Positions 1 to 6,037 of a stretch of 28,772 nt of DNA are shown piece by piece (position 1 is the first letter of the stretch; each line of letters begins with the position of its first letter). A program made the position numbers and the translations under genes. Below the pieces are notes generated by a model. It made no database searches, was not told the origin of the DNA, and saw only the letters and a list, made by a program, of their open reading frames with translations. The DNA comes from a virus (lineage: Duplodnaviria > Caudoviricetes), in the IMG/VR virus record IMGVR_UViG_3300006123_000510, positions 1-28,772 of that record; one strand, 5' to 3'.

Positions 1-1050
1 CAGTGAGTAGCACACATCGGGAAATTGTGTACCATTGGTACTAAACTGCACGATTGAATTTTGACAATAATCTTGGTCTATTAGATATTGTAAAAATTCT
101 ATGTTCTCTTTGAGCAAGAACGGTTCTCCTCCCAAAAATTCAAAGTTCTTGACTTGGGGCAGACGAGATTTAATTTTTTGCCAAAACGTATCGCTGTTGC
201 TGGGCCACCTATTGTCCCTCAACAATTGATAAGATGGGTGTTTCTTTTTGTCTTTGATTGGGGAATGCTGTACATCTTCGGCTGCAATAGTACTGCTATA
301 GCCAGCACTGCATATAACACAGCCCAGATTACACAAATTACCAAGATGCCCACCCACAAAGCTGACTTCACCTTCGGTCTCCCAATCTATGGTGCCATAA
401 ACGTTTTGCAATTTGTAGGGACTCAGCTCAATTCTGGTCTCTGCTCCGCTCTTGGCTCGATTCCAACAAGTCGAGCATTCAGTGGGTCGTATACCCTCTC
501 TGAACTGCTCACGCAGCAAACGCATATACGGACTTTTCACAATATCTTCAACTGTGTCAGTTTGTATATTGAAGTCTTGCCAATTGGGTTTTTTAATTCT
601 GCCCGAATAATCACAGCAGGGTTTAACAGACCCATCGCTGTCAGCCCAGAACCCAGCCCAAGCGTGAGCACACATTTGATTTTTGGTATTGAACTGCGGT
701 GTTGCTTGATGAATGACTGTATGCTGTATTGGCGCAGCAAGCAATTGACTACTGATATCTTTGGATTTGAAATAGTCAACAACATCTGATTGCGTTGACA
801 CTACAGTGACAAAGAATCTGGGTATGTCAATGTAGTCCAGTGTGGATACAATGTGTTCTAGTGTGTACGCAGACACTGGATTAAAGTTTGCAAAAACAAA
901 TCTATAGTTGTCGGGGAAAGAATCTTGTTTTAGTTCAATCAATGAACGGTACAGAGTTGACGAAGGTTGGTGCTCTAAATCTTCGATAAAGATAAAAGCA
1001 CCAACCGTATATTTTTTCTCAAATAACTGTCTGACTTGATCAGTCGTCAT
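1..1050 (-). CDS. Radical SAM protein with N-terminal SPASM/twitch Fe-S domain (3' end truncated by window edge)
   Basis: Not in the ORF track. I translated it by hand: ATG at 1050 (MTTDQVRQLF...), open for 350 codons to position 1. It contains CAHAW...DGSVKPCC and ECSTCW (SPASM/twitch cysteines), then GNLCNLGCVICS (CxxxCxxC), FEFLGGEP and FSTNGT (radical SAM core motifs). It overlaps the end of the sigma gene by 11 nt. Confidence 0.9.
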   Translation of the reverse strand, partial: MTTDQVRQLFEKKYTVGAFIFIEDLEHQPSSTLYRSLIELKQDSFPDNYRFVFANFNPVSAYTLEHIVSTLDYIDIPRFFVTVVSTQSDVVDYFKSKDISSQLLAAPIQHTVIHQATPQFNTKNQMCAHAWAGFWADSDGSVKPCCDYSGRIKKPNWQDFNIQTDTVEDIVKSPYMRLLREQFREGIRPTECSTCWNRAKSGAETRIELSPYKLQNVYGTIDWETEGEVSFVGGHLGNLCNLGCVICSAGYSSTIAAEDVQHSPIKDKKKHPSYQLLRDNRWPSNSDTFWQKIKSRLPQVKNFEFLGGEPFLLKENIEFLQYLIDQDYCQNSIVQFSTNGTQFPDVCYSL

Positions 1051-1921
1051 AACTCGATTCTGTGCTACCAGCATAGCTACTACCCATACCCTGTCTGGTA
1101 TAACTTGGGTTCAGACCATTCATCTCCAAAATATCGTCACGAATGTTCTGGTTGCGTTTCTCAATGTTTAGAACACGAGTAAAGCTATTAGTAACAGCGG
1201 CAGTATAATAAGCAAAAGGGTTCTGCGATTTTGATTCATCAAAGCGTAATCCAATATAAGTCAGTTGAAGTAGAGCCTGTGCTCTCATCTCATCATTGTA
1301 AGTGTATCCGCGCCAATTGCTACGTGTACCATATCGTTCACATAGTTTGATATACATATTGGCCAGAGTTTTGGTCATCTTACCGTGATCCTTACTGAAT
1401 TCGCCAGAGTCCAAATCGCCTCTCCAGTGTGACTTACCCACACAGTAGGGTTCACCATTTTTGTCTAGTTTGAAATGCTGGAATGGAGGAAAATTGACTT
1501 TAACGTACTTGTTATGTTCAGTGTCGTTCTCGTCAAATCCTTCAATCAAGGGATCGTTTTCATCTTCGATCTCTAGTGCAGCCATACGGGCTTTCTTGGT
1601 CTTGGCATCATCTAGGGGAATATGGTCCCAAGTCATTACACGGAAAACTACGTCAGTGTCTTTAACGTCTTTGAGTTTGACTTCAAATTCATCCAACTTA
1701 CGCTTGGTTCCATCAGCAGTTGCTGCTTCGTGTGCAATTTTTGCCAAACGTTCTGCACGCAACTTGCGTGCTTCCAGTGTATTTTTCTTGTTGATTTTGC
1801 TGTAATCTGGCAAAATCATATCGTAGTCAGCGTATTCGGGCTGTGTGAAACAACAGTAAGTAGTCTTGCTCTTGTGGATTTCTTTAAGAATATCCTTGTT
1901 GTTGAGATAGTTGGTTTTAAT
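1040..1921 (-). CDS. gp55: T4 gp55-like sigma factor for late transcription (probable ATT start; 293 aa)
   Basis: Motifs LCERYGTRSNWRGYTYNDEM, FDESKSQNPFAYYT and NSFTRVLNIEKR match the gp55 family. The frame stays open upstream of the listed ATG (1819) and encodes KTNYLNNKDILKEIHKSK, matching the gp55 N-terminal NYxNNK motif. AGGAG lies 7 nt before ATT at 1921. Confidence 0.88.
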   Translation of the reverse strand: MKTNYLNNKDILKEIHKSKTTYCCFTQPEYADYDMILPDYSKINKKNTLEARKLRAERLAKIAHEAATADGTKRKLDEFEVKLKDVKDTDVVFRVMTWDHIPLDDAKTKKARMAALEIEDENDPLIEGFDENDTEHNKYVKVNFPPFQHFKLDKNGEPYCVGKSHWRGDLDSGEFSKDHGKMTKTLANMYIKLCERYGTRSNWRGYTYNDEMRAQALLQLTYIGLRFDESKSQNPFAYYTAAVTNSFTRVLNIEKRNQNIRDDILEMNGLNPSYTRQGMGSSYAGSTESSYDD

Positions 1922-1928
1922 TTTCGGT

Positions 1929-1933
1929 CTCCT
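1929..1933 (-). promoter_or_regulatory. Shine-Dalgarno AGGAG of the gp55-like gene
   Basis: Minus strand reads AGGAG-ACCGAAA-ATT-AAA-ACC-AAC-TAT, a 7-nt spacing to ATT. Confidence 0.8.
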
Positions 1934-1945
1934 AAAACTAAAGTA

Positions 1946-1974
1946 ATAATAGCAAATGAATACAAAAATGTCAA
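1946..1974 (-). promoter_or_regulatory. Sigma70-type promoter (TTGACA-17 nt-TATTAT, extended -10 TG)
   Basis: Minus strand reads TTGACA tttttgtattcatttgc TATTAT: perfect -35, 17-nt spacer, TGn before a 5/6 -10. An A-tract just upstream resembles an UP element. It points into the gp55-like gene. Confidence 0.85.
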
Positions 1975-2008
1975 GGCTTTTTTATTAAGTAAGCACTTTA
2001 TTTCTATT

Positions 2009-2016
2009 CATAAATA
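2009..2016 (+). promoter_or_regulatory. T4-type late promoter (CATAAATA)
   Basis: 7/8 match to the T4 late consensus TATAAATA, 23 nt before the first structural gene. The ATAAATA core recurs at four other gene junctions. Confidence 0.7.
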
Positions 2017-2039
2017 CAAGAAACGGGATATATTTACTT

Positions 2040-2894
2040 ATGGCATTATTACCATCAGCTGGACAAACTCAGTCAAGTCCAAACAACGGACAGCAGACCG
2101 GAGCGTTGAACAATGCGCTGAACCTCATTGACCCATCAAATATCAGAAAACAAATTTCTGGTTTGCTGGACGGGGGACTTAGCTCGCTGTTTAATCGTGC
2201 GAGTAGCCCAACAGTTAATATTGTCAATGCTACAGATCCAAACAATCCACTAAAATCAGATTGGCGAGTTAGATTAAGTCTACCACCATCAAGCCCATTA
2301 TTGACAAGCAATGCACTGTTATCGGTGCTTTCACAGCCTGGCAGACCTAGCGGTCTTGTGTTCCCATATACTCCCAGTATCAGTGTTACGCATACAGCCA
2401 GATATCAAGAACAAGCACTGACACACAACAACTACAAAAACTATTTCTATGAAGGCAGCGATGTATCTGCTATTCAAATACAGGGTGATTTCACTGTTCA
2501 AAATCACGATGACGCAATCTACTTGCTGGCCAGCATATTTTTCTTGCGTAGCTGTACCAAGATGTTCTGGGGCAGCGATGCTGATGCAGGTAATCCTCCT
2601 CCGATCGTTTATCTTGACGGGTATGGTGATTTCTATTTCCCACACGTAACCTGTATTGTGACAAGTTTTCAGCACACTATGCCAGCAGAAGTTGACTACG
2701 TTGAAGTCAAGTATAGCGACGGCTCTGGGTCTACAATCAGCAGTGCAAATCAACAAGTAGCAAGATTACCAACAACCAGTCAGATCACTGTAACAGTTCA
2801 ACCTATCTACAGTAGAAAAAATATCGCAAACAATATGTCACTTACAGCATTCAGTCAAGGACATTTATTGAAGGGTAATGGTGGATTCCTATGA
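2040..2894 (+). CDS. Putative tail tube initiator / baseplate tube-fold protein (gp48/gp54- or CIS-tube-like)
   Basis: 284 aa with LVFPYTPSI, IQIQGDF and GNPPPIVYLDGYG...CIVTSFQHTMP, a pattern seen in tube-initiator proteins. It sits directly before gp53, hub and gp5. Confidence 0.6.
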   Translation: MALLPSAGQTQSSPNNGQQTGALNNALNLIDPSNIRKQISGLLDGGLSSLFNRASSPTVNIVNATDPNNPLKSDWRVRLSLPPSSPLLTSNALLSVLSQPGRPSGLVFPYTPSISVTHTARYQEQALTHNNYKNYFYEGSDVSAIQIQGDFTVQNHDDAIYLLASIFFLRSCTKMFWGSDADAGNPPPIVYLDGYGDFYFPHVTCIVTSFQHTMPAEVDYVEVKYSDGSGSTISSANQQVARLPTTSQITVTVQPIYSRKNIANNMSLTAFSQGHLLKGNGGFL

Positions 2895-3196
2895 CAGCAC
2901 AGTATTCTAAGGCAAGTCCTTATTTCAAGACCAACACTTTTGCCAACAAGTATCTTGACGTTCTAGTCAACAGACCCATTGAAAAACAACCAGACGATGT
3001 GGTCTATACTATTGACAAGATTTATCAATTTCGTCCAGACTTGCTGGCCTTTGACTTGTATGGTGACAGTGCGTTGTGGTGGGTGTTCAGAGCACGTAAC
3101 CCAAACGCCATAGACGATCCTATATTCGATTTTAAATCTGGGGTCACTATTATGATACCCAAGAAAACTACTCTAGTAAGTAACTTGGGACTATAA
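2891..3196 (+). CDS. gp53: Baseplate wedge protein, gp53-like (LysM-like fold)
   Basis: Contains RPDLLAFDLYGDSALWWVF...N...IDDPIFDF, the gp53 signature. ATGA overlap with the upstream gene. Confidence 0.8.
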   Translation: MTAQYSKASPYFKTNTFANKYLDVLVNRPIEKQPDDVVYTIDKIYQFRPDLLAFDLYGDSALWWVFRARNPNAIDDPIFDFKSGVTIMIPKKTTLVSNLGL

Positions 3197-3197
3197 A

Positions 3198-6023
3198 ATG
3201 GCAACAACTTGGCAAGATTTAGCGGGACTGAACCCGCAGATTGCAAATCCTAACTTGATCTATCCTGGTCAGGGTGTATTTTTGCCCGACGGATCTACTT
3301 ACACAGTTGTCCCTGGAGATACACTTACTGGTATTGCTAATAAATTCAATAATCAACAAGCTAACATCACAGTCGATCCAGAAGATAATTTAGCAGAAGA
3401 TCCAGATCAACCAGATGAAGAACCCTTGTCTACTGATGAGGAAGAAAATCAAGCCGACACTGTACAAGACGAAGATCCATTTGAACAAAGTCGTTTAGAT
3501 GCAGAAGAAAGATACGATGAAGTTCCAGCAGATGTGCCCACAGATGTTGAGCCAGAAGTTGGTACAAACTTGTTTGCTGGGCAAGCCCCTGCGGTTGTTA
3601 AAAATCTTCAAGTGGGTAGCAACAAGACTACGGCTGCGGACCCTGCCGCAAATCCATTGGATGCTTACGCAAGTTATACCTACGGACTTACGCTATTTGC
3701 TTTAACTAAACAAGACTACAATAATTTAGTTGATGATTCAGAAAACTTTACTCCGTCAAAGGCATTGATCAGCAGCGCTGGCAGATATCAGGATGTTCGT
3801 GATTCGCATTTCAAAGAAGATTTTTATTTTGATAGTTTCAAAGTTTCAACAGTGATAGGTATGAGTGCTGGTTCTCGTGGCACTAATGCCATCAATATGG
3901 AGTTCACCATCATTGAACCTTTTGGTATGACACTGCTTGATCGTATCATGGATATTTCTTTAAATGAACTGACTGCACAGAACTATTTGGATATTCCTTA
4001 TTTGTTAGTACTTGAATTCTTTGGTGCAGACGATGCAGGTAATTTGCAAAAGATAACCAGTCAGACCAAAAGTTTCCCAATCAAACTCTTGAACTTTAAA
4101 ATAAAAGCCAGTGTGAAGGGTTCTGAGTACACGATACAGGCAGTACCATTCAATCACGGTGCAAACTTAGAGTCTATTCAGGCATTGAAGACCAGAATGG
4201 AAATAACTGCGACCACAGTTAATGATTTCTTTGCTAATTCTAGCGACCCTCAAGTTGCAACAGATGTTGACAGCTACAGACAGAACTCAGAAAAATATGC
4301 TTATCAATCAGGTGAGCGTGGTGCAGGTGGTGGACAAGGAACTCCTGGGTATAAAGACCCTCGTTTGTTGGGTAGTACCTCTGGCAATCAAGAAGGGGTA
4401 GATTCTGTACCAGATGCAACTACTCCTGGGCCGTTTAAAACGACCAGCTTTACAGCAGCATACAACGCTTGGAACATTGCAACAACAAAAACAAAAGATT
4501 CCAAGTATGCTGACACTATTGCATTTGACATAGACCCAGCAATTGCAAATTCAAAAATTGTTGATCCAAAAAAGAACACAGTAAAACGAACCGGTAATCT
4601 AGCAGCACAACAGGCAGCAGCGGGCGCTCAAGGGCAAGATGCTGTAGCAGTGAATACAAACACTGTGGTGCATAGTTTTGAAGCTGGTACTTCGGTGAAT
4701 GAAATTATTAACGCTATTATTCCAAACAGCGAATTCTTCTTGAATCAAGTCAAGGACTCAACTCAAGAGGGCAAGACACAGGTTGAAAACAATACAACCA
4801 GCGATAGTGCTACACAAGAGCAAGCAAAGACATTGAAAGTATGGAAGATTGTACCTAAATTAAAGTTGGGTGAGTTTGATACTGCTCGTAATGTTTGGGG
4901 CAGAAACATCACTTTCTATATCAGACAATATGAAGTCTATCAACAACGTGATAAACGACTACCAAAGAGTCCGCCTCCAAAGCCAGCAAAACGCTATGAC
5001 TATTTTTACACTGGTAAAAACAATGCCATTATCAACTTTGACATTGATTTCAACGCTTTATACTTTACTGCATCTCAGGTTGACAGAGGCAATACCGTAG
5101 AGACTGCTGGTCCGCAGGCCAACCCCGAGACCAGCGATAGTGACGCACCACAGAATAACAGCAACAAGAAAACTATTGGGCCCACACAACAACAGAATAC
5201 TGGTAGCACTATGCAGACTGGTGTGGGTGGTTCTAACAACAGAAACGAAACACAAAATGCACAGAGTGCGCTGCAAAGTGTGTACACTAGCGCCAGCGGC
5301 GATATGATTAACTTGAAATTGCAGATCATAGGAGATCCGCATTTTATCAAGCAAGACGATTTGTTTATAGCACCTCCCCCAATTGCAAACAATGCAATTT
5401 CAGACGCACCCAGTTTATTTGTCTCTGACAAAGTTCAAAGTCTGAATATGGATGACGGTGAGATTTATTGCTATGTCACATTTAGAACTCCCAAGGACTT
5501 CAATGACGAGACTGGTATGTATGATTTGAAAAGCACTAACAAGTATCAGGTCAGCGAGTTCAGCGGATATTACAGAGTTCTTACTGTAGACAGCGAATTT
5601 AGGGGCGGTAAGTTTACTCAGACTCTGAATATGATTCGTTCACCAGAACAAGATTCACCCAACGCAAGCGCTACTACTCAGAGTGATCCTATTGATACAC
5701 AACGCAGTGAAGGCGGGGTTAACTTGTTTGCTGGTCAAGAACCAGCAACTACAACAGAAACTCCAGATCAACCGGCACCAGCAGCAGTCACTGCAACTGG
5801 GGCTGATCTAGACGCTGCCTATGATTACGAACCTCCGCAGTCAACGGCGGTAATAACAACTCAAGGATCTGATCTAGATGCTGCCTATGACTACGAAGCA
5901 CCCACTACCGAAGAACAAGATTTGTCAGATGTAGTTACAGCTGGTGAGACGCTTACACTAGATCAGGCAACAAGCAGTGATGGCAGCATAGTACCAATTC
6001 AAGATGCGCCAATATTGGCATAA
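3198..6023 (+). CDS. Baseplate hub protein (gp27/VgrG-N-like) with N-terminal permuted LysM and acidic tails
   Basis: 941 aa, located between gp53 and gp5. LQIIGDP and FSGYYRVLTVDSEFRGGKFTQTLNMIR are typical of hub C-termini. LysM half-motifs occupy aa 5-50, and D/E-rich low-complexity segments flank the core. Confidence 0.7.
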   Translation: MATTWQDLAGLNPQIANPNLIYPGQGVFLPDGSTYTVVPGDTLTGIANKFNNQQANITVDPEDNLAEDPDQPDEEPLSTDEEENQADTVQDEDPFEQSRLDAEERYDEVPADVPTDVEPEVGTNLFAGQAPAVVKNLQVGSNKTTAADPAANPLDAYASYTYGLTLFALTKQDYNNLVDDSENFTPSKALISSAGRYQDVRDSHFKEDFYFDSFKVSTVIGMSAGSRGTNAINMEFTIIEPFGMTLLDRIMDISLNELTAQNYLDIPYLLVLEFFGADDAGNLQKITSQTKSFPIKLLNFKIKASVKGSEYTIQAVPFNHGANLESIQALKTRMEITATTVNDFFANSSDPQVATDVDSYRQNSEKYAYQSGERGAGGGQGTPGYKDPRLLGSTSGNQEGVDSVPDATTPGPFKTTSFTAAYNAWNIATTKTKDSKYADTIAFDIDPAIANSKIVDPKKNTVKRTGNLAAQQAAAGAQGQDAVAVNTNTVVHSFEAGTSVNEIINAIIPNSEFFLNQVKDSTQEGKTQVENNTTSDSATQEQAKTLKVWKIVPKLKLGEFDTARNVWGRNITFYIRQYEVYQQRDKRLPKSPPPKPAKRYDYFYTGKNNAIINFDIDFNALYFTASQVDRGNTVETAGPQANPETSDSDAPQNNSNKKTIGPTQQQNTGSTMQTGVGGSNNRNETQNAQSALQSVYTSASGDMINLKLQIIGDPHFIKQDDLFIAPPPIANNAISDAPSLFVSDKVQSLNMDDGEIYCYVTFRTPKDFNDETGMYDLKSTNKYQVSEFSGYYRVLTVDSEFRGGKFTQTLNMIRSPEQDSPNASATTQSDPIDTQRSEGGVNLFAGQEPATTTETPDQPAPAAVTATGADLDAAYDYEPPQSTAVITTQGSDLDAAYDYEAPTTEEQDLSDVVTAGETLTLDQATSSDGSIVPIQDAPILA
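5799..5903 (+). repeat. In-frame tandem duplication, 66-nt period (G[AS]DLDAAYDYE[PA]P)
   Basis: gggGCTGATCTAGACGCTGCCTATGATTACGAA at 5799 and ggaTCTGATCTAGATGCTGCCTATGACTACGAA at 5865. Confidence 0.9.
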
Positions 6024-6037
6024 CAACGGGATAATAA

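Noticed and set aside
154-789. 211-aa plus-strand ORF, and the 537..785 minus ORF
   Set aside because: These are antisense and off-frame shadows of the radical SAM gene, which has clear motifs in another frame.
1817-1819. ATG at 1819 as the start of the sigma factor
   Set aside because: It would drop the conserved NYLNNK motif and has no SD, whereas the upstream ATT has both an SD and a promoter.
1461-2131. Plus-strand ORFs 1461..1805 and 1622..2131
   Set aside because: They are antisense to gp55, one crosses the promoter gap, and neither has recognisable motifs.
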